Shown: positions 36,609 through 49,954 of the stretch, piece by piece
Layout: every line of letters starts with the position of its first letter
How positions within the stretch are numbered: the stretch's first letter is position 1
NCBI GenBank assembly: GCA_036785375.1
Contig: JAWMAR010000069.1
Span: 7,254,001 to 7,318,000, forward strand
DNA length: 64,000 nucleotides
Direction of reading: 5' to 3'
From: Leucoraja ocellata
Lineage: Eukaryota
The notes under the pieces: model-generated
Seen by the model: only the letters and a program-made list of their open reading frames with translations
The model's database searches: none
Told to the model about the DNA's origin: nothing
Translations under genes and position numbers: made by a program

Positions 36609-37944
36609 TAGTCAGATGGTGGTAAATCTGTGGAATTCTTTTCCACAGAAGGGCAATGTATTAGCCATTAAGGATACACGTGCTCATAGTTCATTCTTAT
36701 TGCTGCAGTTTGTATTATATTGTCCAGTGTGGAATCTATTGCACAGATAACCCTTTAGAAGATGATTTTGACGTTGATCTTATATATTTGTATTTGTTAT
36801 TATTAGATTGACTTTTGACCTTAAATTCACAGTCAAAATGCAAATTAATGCTTGTTCAAATGATATGAGAATAACCTATAGAGATTAGGATGCATATTGT
36901 GAGCAGTTCCAGTGGATTTGTGGTTAATTTGTGATTTTTTTGTGGTTTTGGAACTGAACTTTGTTCTTCCACTTATTTCCCCTGTGTGCATGAAGTGAGT
37001 TGATCTCAGCCAGCCAATAATTGGTGGTGAAGTTGGTTTTGGTGTCAATGAACCAGAAAAGATCCCGATGGTACTAAATATGACAACAATGCTGGATATG
37101 AGCAACGTTCGTTTTGACTGTTGGGGACCATGTTGTGGGCATCATTATACAAAACATCACAAACAGCCTCTCAAGCAAGGAATGGGCTGTGTTCTGTGTC
37201 TAATGAGTCAATTTGTTTGAAAAGGACCTGGAGAAGACTGAAAAGAGGGAGAAAAAACTCAAACATGTAATGGTTCATCATGGTTCCCAAACATCCCATC
37301 ATTTTGCAACTGGCTAGAAATTCACTCTTTATTGTATCCACTAAATAGATAATTAAATGCGACAGAAATGTGATTGAAGTCAATGCCATTAAATGAAAGA
37401 AGTCCTTTTCATGCACAAATGTTACAGAATTGTGTGTTGAGTATATTCAATGCACAATAGGTTGCTATGCTAGCAACCAGCCATGTTTTACATAGCAATA
37501 CCCCTCAACTACATGTCATGAATTGGTAAAATATTTTTTTTGATTATGATATTTTAAGAAGAAAAACTGTTCAGACTATTTCAAGACTATTGCTTGCTCC
37601 TGATGTTCTTCTGCATGTTAGGAATTTACAGTTCAACAGTCCACCAAAGGTTGCTGCACTGATAATCCAGATAATCAATACTGTGTTGTATAATCATCTT
37701 TGTTTATAGAGTCAATGAACCATACAATGTGGAACACGTCTTTCAACTCTGAACACCTTACTGGTGGTGCCAGCAATGGCTGTCTCACCAACAGTCTGTC
37801 TGTCCCTTCCTTTGTTGTTTTTTTTTAGTATGTGTTAAATGTATGTTTTAGTGTTCTTTAGTTTGATTTATGTGGGGGGGGGTTTGGGGGAAACTTTTAA
37901 AATTCCTCCTCATCTCTTTCCTAAAGGGATGTCCTTTAATTGTG

Positions 37945-38076
37945 AGTGCTAATTCGGTGTAGGCAAAAACCAGAGCACCCAGACAAATCCCATTTTGTGG
38001 TCACGGATGAATATCCACATTGATGGAAGTAGAGCTCAAAATTAAATCAGGATCAGTGGAGCTATGAAGCAGCCTC
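37945..38076 (-). repeat. Right arm of inverted duplication (decayed SINE head, extends to about 38096)
   Basis: Reverse complement of 36476-36608; SINE-like start GGGCAGCCCAATGGCACAGTG on the minus strand. Confidence 0.85.
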
Positions 38077-38799
38077 ACTGTGCCATTGGGCTGCCCATCT
38101 TATCTCCTCAAGTTCAACTGATGCATAAACCTATTGATTCCAATCTGCATTTTAAGTACAAGAACAATATGTGAATCACTCTTCAAAAGTTAAAATAAGA
38201 CCTCGCAATTTTCTCAGAGCTTTGGTGATCTGATTTCCTTTGTATTTCCAAATCTGTTTAGATTCTGTTTGTCAGTTAATAAGTTAGCACAAATAAGAAG
38301 CTTAATGAAAAGCAGTCTGTTACAGACTGTCACCTTTATTCTATTCTGTGAATTGAGTTAGCATTTAATTCTCCATGCTAAAGAATTGTATTCCAAATAA
38401 GGACAGGAAAGATATTCATGCATGTTGGTGTTTGTTCTTTCGCATCTGTGGAGAAACAATTACATAAAATGATTGCTGCAGAAAATACACACTCAGCTTC
38501 TGAGCTTGCAAATTAACCTAATTAAAACTAATGAGTTTATAATTGTGAACAGCAAGGCAACTATCAGTCATTTTGTCTGTCTGTTCTCAAAGCTGGAGTG
38601 AGAAACTAAGAACTACTTCACATTCATTTTAAATAGAATCAAAACGAAGGAGAGAGAGAGAGAGGTTGGAAAATAGTCAGTGATTAAGTACTTACAAGTG
38701 AGTTATACAAGTTAGACGAGTAGCTGTAACCATGGACCATAGAACACATCCTCTGCCCACATTGTTGGGGACATGTCAAACTTCTTAAGCCTTCTAAGG

Positions 38800-39430
38800 A
38801 GGTATTCAGGACAAAACCTGGCACATCATGATTCAGCTGTACAAGTTGTTGGTGAGACCGCACTTGGAATATTGTGTGCTATTCTGATCACCTAACTATT
38901 GAAGGATGTCATTGTTGGAAAAGATACAGAAGAGACTCATTAGACTTTAGACGTTGGAGGTACAAGACTCACCAGGTTGTTAGCTGTGCACAAGCTTGAG
39001 TTAAAAGAAAAGGCTGGGACTTTTTTCTTTGGAGCGTTGGTGGTTGAGGAGTGACTTTATGAAAGTATACAAAATCATAAAGTTTATTGATGTACAGTGA
39101 ATCCTTACAGTTCTTTTCCCAGAGCAAAGGATTCTAAAACTAGAGGGCATAGTCTTGAAGTGAGAGGGGAGCCATTTAAGAGAGACCCCAGGGGCAACGT
39201 TTTAACTCAGAGGGTAGTTTTTATTTGGAATAAGCTGCTAGAAGAATCTATGGAAGGAGACACAATTACGGCTTTCAAAAGACATTTGAACTGATATATG
39301 GATAGGAAGGATTTAGAAGGACATGGGCCAAATGTATGCAAATGAGATGAGCTCTGAATGCCAACTTGGTAGGCATGGACAAGGTTGGTCAAAGGGACTG
39401 TTTCCATGCTGTATAACTCCCTGGCCCTAT
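38800..39430 (+). mobile_element. CR1/HER1 LINE 3' fragment (older)
   Basis: LVRPHLEYCV, SKTRGHSLEVRGEPFKRDPRGNVLTQRVV motifs. Confidence 0.85.
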
Positions 39431-39604
39431 GTAAGGCATTTTCTGTTATAGATTTGAAACTTTGATTATGATCATTAATTTTAACAGCTTTCTTAATTTT
39501 CATATTTTTTTAACTACCATTTTTGACCTGATTGATCATCTGCGTTTAGTAATATAATGTTTTAGATGTCTGGTATATGGAAACACAACAAACCTAATTG
39601 TGCA

Positions 39605-39718
39605 GCACACAAATATGCTGGAGAAACTCAGCGGGTGCAGCAGCATCTATGGAGCGAAGGAAATAAGCAATGTTTCGGGTCAAAACCTTTCTTTTCCAGC
39701 ATCTGCAGTTCCTTCTTA
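39605..39718. mobile_element. Penelope-derived short insertion with 15-bp TSD
   Basis: AAACCTAATTG(T/G)GCA at 39590-39604 and 39719-39733. Confidence 0.8.
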
Positions 39719-40093
39719 AAACCTAATTGGGCACTGTGGGTTAGTCAATATATCTGAAAACAGTGATGGGAAATTTTCAATGTAACCTTAATAAAGACAA
39801 CATTACTCAGAGTTCTTACTCCTGAATTCCAGAAAATGTTTTTCATGTGAATATCTGACAAGGACCTGAATTAAAATTGGATTCAGTGATCTGAGTTGTC
39901 CATACTTAAAGTTCTCAGGTGTTGAAAAAATGAGTGGACAATGTGCAAAGCAGGTGTCAATGCTTATAAATGACAATATCATGTGATGAACATGGGACTG
40001 AAAGCAAACAAAGCCGTGTAGGTACATGCACTAATGTTGGTGATTACATGTATTGTATGTTTAATATTTATATTGTATGTTTAATATAGATAG

Positions 40094-40300
40094 TGTGGCG
40101 GCCCCTGGTGGTTCGCCACTCATGGTGCGGCCCCTCGGCTCTGGGGGTTGGGTCATGTGACTTGGTTTGGCGGGACGAGTGGGTCACGGGTCTCCCCTGG
40201 GGTATATATACTGCCGGTAACTCCCTTGCCCCTTGTGGTTCTGAGAGCTGTTCTGTGTTAATCTAATAAAGATCACTTGTTTGACAACACGTCTCGCACA
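40094..40300 (+). mobile_element. Solo LTR (Gypsy-like), 207 bp
   Basis: TGTG...CACA termini, TATATATA at 40203-40210, AATAAA at 40265-40270, flanked by GATAG on both sides; 5' end resembles that of the LTR at 20534-20840. Confidence 0.75.
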
Positions 40301-40307
40301 GATAGAC

Positions 40308-40384
<77 letters not shown>
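40301..40384. repeat. (GATA)n microsatellite
   Basis: About 21 units, with one GACA variant. Confidence 0.95.
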
Positions 40385-40387
<3 letters not shown>

Positions 40388-40939
40388 AACAAGTCTATAT
40401 GTACACCATAGCCATATTTTTTCAAAGCGAGCAACCACAAATTAAGATGCAGCTGGATGATGGATTCATCAAGATGGATCTTAATGTTTAAGCTGTGTAT
40501 ATGCTGCCCTCCAGTGTACTGGTGCTATAGTTACTAGACATTATATTCTTTACCTTAGTTTCAGAACACAATGATATCATATTCACAGAAATGTTAAATT
40601 ATTTTAGGAAATGTTGTATTTTTATAATCAGCATTTTGAAAGCTGCAAATGTCGGTGTAAATATGCCATGGCGTGCAACTTTAGATATCAAAACATTGCA
40701 GATGCTGGATTCAGAACTAAAATTGCTGACAAACTCAGCAGATCATGAAGTATCTTCTGTAGAGGATGTCTGCTATTTTGATACTTTGGTGGACCCCAAG
40801 TTGAGCTTCAAATTTACGTTGGGCACCACCATGTCTGTTTCCAGTTGCGTAACTTATCACCACCAATAGTCATCAATATATTAATCAACTCGAGTCTCTC
40901 AGTTTCAATACTCTACACATGCGTTTGCTTCATGCCATC

Positions 40940-41325
40940 TCATGCTAATCCATTTCATCAAGAAGACCACTGACATCAGTGTTATCCCATAAAACTCCTG
41001 CATTCACTGCCCCAAAGCCAACAGCTTTCTTGCAGGTACCATGTCTCAGCAATATCAAGATCATTATCCCTTCTTTGAGTGAATTCCAGGTTTAATTCTC
41101 CAGTACCAGAAGTACTTTCAACTCAGCTCACCTCTCCATGGTCTTTCTATAAATCAATGGTAGTGGACCATTTGGTTACTTTGTCTCTGAACCTGGAAGT
41201 CCTTTCTCAGAGAGCTCACCAGTTTTCTATGATTCTCTTTTCTTTCAAAATGCTCCTCTCCAATCCATCCTTGTTCAGATCCTTGGTGAATTCTTACCAT
41301 TCTCCCATTGACAATATCCTTGCTT
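40940..41325 (+). mobile_element. Heavily decayed L2-like RT region
   Basis: C/T-rich sequence ending in a PSL-DP..NSY-PIDNI-like remnant of the LDP...NYRPISNL motif. Confidence 0.35.
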
Positions 41326-41614
41326 AGTGACTGCAGCTACAACAAGTAAAGCACAGTGGCAGAGGTCGTTAAATTGCATTTTATTGCTTCAGATCATGTT
41401 GTATTGGGGATTGACAGCAAATTCTACTCTTTGCCTCGACTCTACTTTTAATTCATATTACTGCACCTGCTGGCTAATCATACGTTAAAATAGTTATTCA
41501 AACAGAATACACTGCATATGCTGGAAATTTGGTTTCAGAATTAAAAATGTCTGAAATACACTGCAGGTTAAGCTGCTCCTGAGGAGAGAGAACCCAGGGT
41601 AATGCTTCAGTTAA

Positions 41615-41827
41615 AAGATAGATACAAAATGCTGGAGTAACTCGGCTGGACAGGCAGCATTTCTGGAGAGAAAGCAGCATCCCTGGGGAGATGTTTCATG
41701 TTGAATCCCTTCTTCAGATCCAGAACATTACCCCTTCTCTTTGGAGTTGCTGCCGTCCTGTTGAGTTACTCCAGCATTTTGTGTTTATCTTTAGGGTAAA
41801 CCAGCATCTGCAGTTCCTTCCTACACA
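41615..41827. mobile_element. Penelope-derived inverted-arm element with about 15-bp TSD
   Basis: Arms AGATAGATACAAAATGCTGGAGTAACTC and GAGTTACTCCAGCATTTTGTGTTTATCT; flanks TAATGCTTCAGTTAA (41600-41614) and TAATGTTTTAGTCAA (41828-41842). Confidence 0.8.
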
Positions 41828-42584
41828 TAATGTTTTAGTCAACAGCGTTTCAAACTGATGTAAAAGTGTTGATTAGGAACATTAACACTCTTTCATGTAA
41901 ACATTAAAGAAATGTCATGTTATTTTATTTCCATTTTCAATAATTTGATCCAAAAATGTTATGATTTTTTTATTATTAATCATTAACTGTATTGTCTATC
42001 TGCTATTAACTCATCTGAAGTAAAATGTTTTGTAACCGTTGAGAACAGCTGACTTTTATCAATTAAAATTTGCTCATTTGTAAGTGCTAGATATCTGCCC
42101 ATCTCAGATATGTTACCAGATTTGGGAATCTTTGAAATAGGATACAGCAGGCAGATACATTTAAAGTGTATCATAGGTGAAAGTGTATGAAAATGCAAGA
42201 TGTAACAGGTGGCATTTTTGACAAAAAAAAAGATCAGAGATATTGATTAGAGAAATCAAATGATTTAAGATGAATAGAAGCCTCTTGATAGGAAGATTTA
42301 AGCATTTAAGAAAATTCAAGCTAAGGGGCAAGATTTTCGACACATCCAATGGATGGAAGGTTATGCCCTTGAGAACAGAAAGAAAAAGAGTTCCAACTAA
42401 TTGTCATGGCAACAAAAAATAAATACTCTACAGCCAGCCAGATCCATCATTTGGTCATTCTCAAGGCAGACCCAAGTCCCAAGAGTGAGGCAAGACCACT
42501 AATTGTGAAGAACGAGTTTGAAAAGTCTCTAGCAGTCATCCGTAAAAAGCTGATTGAACTAGATTTGACATTAACAAGACAAGA

Positions 42585-42716
42585 TGTGTAGGAAGGAACT
42601 GCAGATGCTGGTTTAAACTGAAGATCGACACAAAAAAGCTGAACTAACTCAGTGGGACAGGCAGCATCTCTCAAGAGAAGGAATGGGTGATGTTTCAAGT
42701 CGAGACCCTTCTTCAA
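42585..42716 (-). mobile_element. Penelope-derived terminal repeat fragment
   Basis: GTGTAGGAAGGAACTGCAGATGCTGG...GTCGAGACCCTTCTTCA (antisense hammerhead core). Confidence 0.75.
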
Positions 42717-45339
42717 CTTGGTTAAATTATTAACTAACATTATTAAACTAGATGCTTGCGGGGTTGTGATCGAAACAAACCTCGTCAGGCTTCATATCAT
42801 TTTCAAACAAGATATGTTTTACTTTGAAAAAATTATTTGGCATTTCAGATAAAATGTGCACGGTAAAGCACATGAAAGTGCAATGCACACTGTGCCAAAT
42901 TGGTAGCTTGACATGCTGTGACAGGGTATCACCCAAATACAAGCTATTCAGTCACAACACATTAATGTTTTGGCCATTTAATCTGGATGTTCAGACCTGT
43001 TCATGTAATGGTAAAGCAAATGACCTTCATTTACATAGTAGCTTTCATAACCACAGAACCAAATCCCAAAGTCCCCACCACATTTGAAAATGCTTTAAAG
43101 CCAATTAAGTATGTTAGGATTGAAATCACAGTCATAACGAAGGAAATGTATGGACAATATTTCTGATTTTAATGTTAGACATTCATCATGATTGATGAGA
43201 TATGCAGTGCTGAGTAAACGATTTGTGGAAATGTTGGTGATTAGGGGATTCAGTGATGAGCACTCTAGAGACACTAAATGCAAAGCTAATTCAAACTTAT
43301 AAGGAGATGATGTCTAATGACTTTAATGTTGCATGAAATATGTGGTCTGATACAGAAGTGTTGACAAATTAATTCCAATTATCAAAACGTTCCAAACTTC
43401 ACTGGAGCTGCTGAAACTGAAACGGGGATTGGAAATTCAGAGCTATTTTTTAAAGCAAAAGAGACAGGAGAAAACATTGTGCATGCGTATGTGTGCAAGA
43501 TGACTGGTACACTGCACGTGAAATAAGTGTGGAGTGGGCAGCAAGAGGCAGATGGGGAGGGAACCAGAGCTGGAGCATCATGACAATACAGAAATTTACA
43601 AGGACGGGGCTCGATATTTCCTCTGTGGATAGACCAACACTACTTATACCAATACACAGGACATGCCAGTGAGTTCATGGCAACAAACTGCTCATGGATT
43701 CAAGCACATTGATTATTCTGCAGTCAGAGCTCGATAACTACTATCTCCTTTATTTCAAATGATACCTACTTGCATTCAATGGTTAAATATCACATATCCC
43801 TAAATAAGTCATTCTTTATACCATTTGAGGTTAGTTTCACTTGGCACAGTGTTTGGTACAGACATTGTGGGACGAAGGGCCTGTTCCTGTACTGTTTTAT
43901 ACCATTTCAGTTTGGTCACCAACTGTCCATGGGACGTTCCCAAGGATGTCATTTGCAAATTTGCAAACCTTATCTATTGGTCAATAAAATGGTGTCCATT
44001 TTCACGTCACAATGATCATGGGTAGAATGTGATAAAACTCTTCCTTTTGTAACTTTCTAGATGTTAATTGTAACTCACTCAATGCATTTCCAGTATACAG
44101 AATTTCTGGTCAGTTCAAGTCAAGTCCAGTTTGTTATCATAGACACATGGATGGTGAGGTACAGGTTCAATGGAAATCTTGCTTGTAGAAGCTTCACAGG
44201 CAGGAGGACACAGATAACACACAAAATCTTAAATTACACATACATTACACAAGTTCCAAAGTGAAAAGAAAAAGACTCTGCAAAAAAAACACACTTATTT
44301 CCAAAAATACAGAATTAGAGAACAAATCCATGGTGCTGCAAGAGGTGGCCCATCAAGTTCCATTGCCAAGGTAGAATTTGGGGTGGCTGATAATCAGCTT
44401 CAATGATTTAGAATTAGCAAGGCAAAATTCAGAAAGGATTCTTGGTTCCAGCATAATGAACATTGGTTAGCGTTACAGATACAAGTATGTTGAGTAATAC
44501 TGGTTCAAAAACAGGTGGAGATATCGGTCACAGTTGAGTAACCTGTCCTTATTCACAGTTGAGGCTCATGTGCCGGATAGCTCAGTGGGGAAGACAGTAG
44601 AAAACTGCAACGTATTATCAAGGCCCTTTATCTATGATGGGAAAAGGAATGGAATAAACATAACTTTACCTTTTACAGATATTACTTTACCCCATTTATA
44701 TTTCTCCAGTATGACTGAAGAGGTACACAAGAGATTTTTTAACTAGATTTAAAGCCTGCTTAAACTATATTGCAATTTATTTCCTTCCAAAACGGATTGA
44801 AAATTGCGTGCACCTGTAGTATTGAGCTTGCTGTGAATTTCCACAATTATTTCCCTTTCTCTAGTAGGCCAGGATGTTAGACAGGGTTTTTATTTTTCTT
44901 CATGTCATCCACTTATCTAACCAGTCTGACAGAAGTGACAAGCAGTCAGTCCAATTTTATGCAAATTGCTCATTGCATAGAACTCAGCTTCTGAAATTGA
45001 TGTAGAATTGATTCCCAGCTTTATTAGAGAGTGACTGTTACTGCAATGGGTTACGATAGTTATCTAAGTGATCAGAGTTATTCTATGTTGATAGCTTTTG
45101 CATTTGAATTCAAATCAAATTATAGACTGGTGATATTTTTCAACTTGCTGTATTTCCATAATAGGTCCTAATATCTTCTTTATCACAGTGATGAGTTGGT
45201 TGGGTACAAATCGGTACTCGATGGGTGTGTTTCAATACTATGAATTCTGTTTATTGCAATGCAGTATTTGAAAGGATATGTGCACATACTTAATCAAATT
45301 AACTGAAAGATTCAGCAAGAAAATGGGCTCCCTCCGCCC

Positions 45340-45600
45340 ACCATCCACGCTGACACTCGTTGTATATTATCTCACTTTGTCATCCACTCCCTGCACAACA
45401 GGGGTAACATGCAGAGGCCAATTAACCTGCAAATCCGCACGTCTTTGCAATGTGGGAGGAAACCAGAGCACCTGGAGGAAACCCACGCGGTCACAAGGAG
45501 AACGTGCGCACTCTGCCCAGGCTGCACCTGAGGTCAGGAATGAACCCAGGTTTCTGGCGCTGTGAAACAGCAGCTCTACCAGCTAGGCAACTGTGCAACC
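45340..45600 (-). mobile_element. HE1-related SINE
   Basis: GGGAGGAAACCAGAGCACCTGGAGGAAACCCACGCGGTCAC body and decayed tRNA head. Confidence 0.75.
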
Positions 45601-46161
45601 CTAATAATTCACATGGTGAATGCAAGACTAAAGCTTTGAAAAATAGAATACATACGTTGGTGTTAAGATAATGTTATGGCACCACAACTGGTAGAGTCAT
45701 TGAAGACTTGGGGAGCACGCAGGAGCCTGTGTTGTAAACAAACACATTCATGGTTATATTATAGACAACATTTTCTCAAAGGTGCTATTTTAGTTCTGCC
45801 TCAGAGCAATGCAAGAAAGAGATGGGTAGAGTTACTCCGGCTGCTTATTTAGTTAACAAACCACCTGATTTTGAATCAAACTCTCTGAACCCTCGGGGGT
45901 TCTGCTGTAGTCTCCAGCCTTGTTGGTGGATTACACCAGGAATAATATGATATGCTTGGCTATTACTCTCTGTGCAAGTCAATGCAAGTGAAAATAATCC
46001 AATAATCTATATATAAACTGTGAATGAATTGCCAGGAGGTGAAAACATGGACAGAGGCATCAATGTACATGATGAGGGGGCAGGTGGTGCAAATCCAGTG
46101 GAATCCAATCAACCCAGTAAATGAATGACTGCACCGGTTAATGCCATTAAGAAAGGAAGAA

Positions 46162-46410
46162 CAGACAAAATACAAAATGCAGGAGGAGCACAGCAGGTCA
46201 GGCAGCATCTGTGAAGGAAATAAATAGGTGACCTTTTCAGGACAGGACCCCTCTTCAAACTGATTGTGACAATGTTTCGGGTTGGGGTGCTTCTTCAGAC
46301 CGATCCAAAACATCGGCAATCCATTCCTTCTACAGATGCTGCCTGACCCTTTGAGTTCCTCCAGCACTATGTGATTTACTCAGGACACCAGCATCTGCAG
46401 TTCTTGCATC
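46162..46410. mobile_element. Penelope-derived inverted-arm element
   Basis: CAGGTCAGGCAGCATCTG ... CAGATGCTGCCTGACC arms with two antisense hammerhead-like cores between them. Confidence 0.7.
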
Positions 46411-49228
46411 TTCAAGTCTACAGTATCTGATGATGTGAACAAAGGCTGATCTCAAAGAAGGAAGTGTGTAAAGTTCATGTAAAAACGCATGATTGTTTTC
46501 TGTGATCTATGCACGAATAAATCTCTCATCTTCCTCCATTAATTCTGTTCTCTATCATTTCTCCAATTAGTTTTCCGCTTCTAACCCTCTCCTCTTTTAA
46601 CTCCATCTCCTCCCACTCTTCTATATCTCTGCTACCCAAACCTCTTGTCACTTCATCGCAACTTGATTGCTACCCCTCCCTTTTTTCACTGCCGTTTGGA
46701 AATCCAATGTTCATTTGAACATTTGAAATACTGATACAGAACTTTATGGTAATTCATCAGGTTTTCACACTCTTCAAGTCAGTCACTGCGCTGAGCTGGG
46801 GGTGGGTGGGAAAGTTTCTATTCCCAGTGGCTTCTCTCACTTGTTTGGGTTTTTTTAGCACTTTCTTTTCAAAAGCCAGATATATTTCATTTTAATGATC
46901 TTTGGGTTTCTGAAGATCTATGAAACAGTACTGATTTTCTTTCCATACTTCCATCCTTCTCAATCCCTTGATGCATCTTTTCAAGTATCTTAAGATGAAT
47001 GCAACATCCTTCTTAAATCTTTGAACACAATTTGAAAAATGCTTGCAGATTTTTCAGCAGCATTTGCACATCATTCCTGTCATTGGTACACATTTGAAAT
47101 ATCCTTCCTATTTTTCACTGATATTAAACCTTAAACTATTTTGAATTTTACACAGACAGAAGGAGGCTTTTGAAATGTTACGCTAGGGGATATACTATCA
47201 TGACATCCTTGCAAACCCTTTGTGTAATATTTTGCCCGAGAGTTCTAAAGCATTGGAAATACTTGGCCCAACTCATCCACTGGGCCATACCCCACTAAAC
47301 CTCTCTTATCCATGTACCTGTCCATGCCACATTTGCCACGTCCAGCAAGTTGCTGGAAATTTGGATTCCAAAAATCTTGACCAAAACCACAGGCTTTCAG
47401 ACCCATTGATGGTCCCAACAGCCTGGTTCTTTAATTAATGAGATTTCAAGATTTAGAAAGGAATATTAGAACGACGGAGGCAAATACATTTGAAACCAAC
47501 ACAGATACAAAAATTGAAATGAAAGATGGGAAAGCAGGATAGAATTAGAGACAGAATGAAGAAGAAAATGAAATGTAAAGATTTTTTTAAAGGTAAAAAT
47601 ATTTCCACAATAGTTCATGCTTAACATGTGTAGGAGTAATATTGCTACTGTATTTCTAAAATGCAGTTATAGCTGGAACTACATCATACATTTATTACAA
47701 AAAAACATAAATTATTATTATTTTTTTTTCAATTTTAATGATCTCACAGAATAATATACAGCTTGCAGGAGTGTATCTTCACAGTTTAATGAAGTCCCAC
47801 GCTGGGATGACAGAGTCGACTGGTGTGGCATGAGCATTTATTTTTCCGTTATGAAGATAATTATTCTATTAATTAGAGTGCAAACTGTTTGAAGTAGGCT
47901 AATGGGCAATTGAGGTACAAATGCAACAATTTCTCATGTCCCATGCAGACTGAGAGGAGCTGCAGTCTTCACAAGGCCAGCAGCTGAGTGGCACAAGTTA
48001 GCCAATATCTTGTGGCAATTCACAGTTCTTGCATTATCTTATCATCACTGAAAATTGACAGCTGATTTGTACATTGAATATGGTGGGCAGTCTTTCAAAT
48101 CATTACTTCAGCAGCAAATCCCATGTCATTAAATATACTGATACATCAGGGGATTTCTTTACCTCAGCCGACAAATCCTAAACTCCACACATTTCAAATT
48201 GCTGCCTTTGACCAATCAAGTATAACATAAATTTAAGACAGACTTGATTTTGGAAACATAATTGCTCTCAAGGAAATCTTTTACTCTGTGCGTAGAAATA
48301 CAATATTTTAAAAATTAATCAGAATATAACTCAAAATGAATTTACTGCCTTTGCTTCCGATAGTAGTTTTGAAAACGTTTATAAATTGACGTTCCCAATT
48401 TAGAAAAATAAATCTTGAAACTGAAGAGCATAATGAAGGCTGTTTAGAAATGCCCAGACCTACAGAATGTATTTCCAGTAGCATGGTGAGCTACTTGCTC
48501 TGATTATTCAAGCTTCAGTCCCTTGCTGATAAATGAAGTAGCTGTTTCTCCTAGAAATTTAATAAGCTCAATTCAGCTGGCTTTCGACATGCATTTGAAA
48601 ATGAAGTGCAAATCAGGGACTTAAATTGACAGCAGGCAGAATGGTAGGACTGAACTGGCAGCCAGGAATGAAGTGCATCGCTGTAGGCTCATTAGTATAA
48701 TTGCAATAAGAAATGGGTGGGTTTCTTGCAGCAGTGTTTTAAAAACATTCATATTAAAGTGCAAAAACCCTTTGGAGCACTGAGCCTATATGGCATGATT
48801 CTCCTCCCTTCTATACATGCATCCACAGGAATCAGGAATTCCATCATTAAGGTCACCGCACTTGAATCTGAAAAAAAAACTATGAATTTCAGGACCTAGT
48901 AGAATTGTCCTTGTTTCAGTTTGAAAACATCACATAGAACAGGACAGCACAGGAACAGGCTCTTTCACACTCAATGTTTGTGCTGAACATGACATTAAGT
49001 TGAACTAATCTCTGGTGCCTGCACGTGATTCATACCCCTCCATTCCCTGCATATCCATGTGCCTGTTGAACAGCCTCTTAAATGCCACTGTTGTATCTGC
49101 CCCCGACCCACTACCATTGCAGGTTATGTCTTTTTAACAACTTAGATTCATGAACTCTGCTCCACGATAAGTTCTTACCCCAAGTCTCCTAAATGACCAA
49201 ATGTTTTTGTATCTGATGTCCAAGTGTT

Positions 49229-49487
49229 TTTAGACTTTAGAGATACAGCGCACAAACAGTGCTTCAGCTCACAGAGTCTGTGCCGACCAGCGGTCACCCC
49301 TTACACTAGCACTATCTTACACACTAGGGACAATTTACACTTCTTTTTACCAAAGCCAATTAACCTACAAACCTGTATTTCTTTGTATGTCATCTGAGTG
49401 TGGGAGGAAACTGGAACACCCAGCGAAAACCCACATGGTCACAGAGAAAACGTACAAACTTCATACAGACAGGACCCATAATCAGGA
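49229..49487 (-). mobile_element. HE1-type SINE (head lost), followed by a Penelope-derived copy to about 49620
   Basis: AGAGATACAGCG...ACACTAGGGACAATTTAC...GGGAGGAAACTGGAACACCC, as in the other HE1 copies. Confidence 0.75.
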
Positions 49488-49954
49488 GTTTTTAAAGACG
49501 CAAAGCTCTGGAGTAAATCAGGGTCAGGTAGCATCTCTGGAGAACGTTGATAGGTGACATTTCAGGTCAGTACCTTTTTTTAGACTGACCCACTGAGATA
49601 TTTAAGAACTCTGTGCCCCTTTGTTACAAATCAACATCTGTAATTCAGATTTTTATTTTGATTCACAGAAAAGGTGAACAGTGAACAACCTGGCCCCTTG
49701 CTCTTGTGAGGATACAGTTCCACAAAGGGCAGTGAGCCAATATTATTTCCCCTCATGGACCATTCTGCACATATGGCCCTGAGAAAATAGTCCTTTGGAA
49801 TATGATTGACCCTGGAGAACAGTGTACCCAAGCAACACATACCAGTGGCAAGCATAGGATCTGCAGCAGAAGTCACTGTGGTCTTGAACAAATCTTTCAT
49901 TATTCACAAAGGACATGAAATTATCTGGCATTCATAGCTTAAACAGCATGTCTG

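Noticed and set aside
42406-42591. 61-aa ORF with a helical-looking end (EFEKSLAVIRKKLIELDL)
   Set aside because: No splice support or recognisable family, and it terminates in a Penelope-derived repeat.
44572-44600. tRNA-like start GCCGGATAGCTCAGTGG
   Set aside because: A-box-like only; no B box, anticodon arm or acceptor-stem partner. SINE heads elsewhere were likewise not called tRNA genes.
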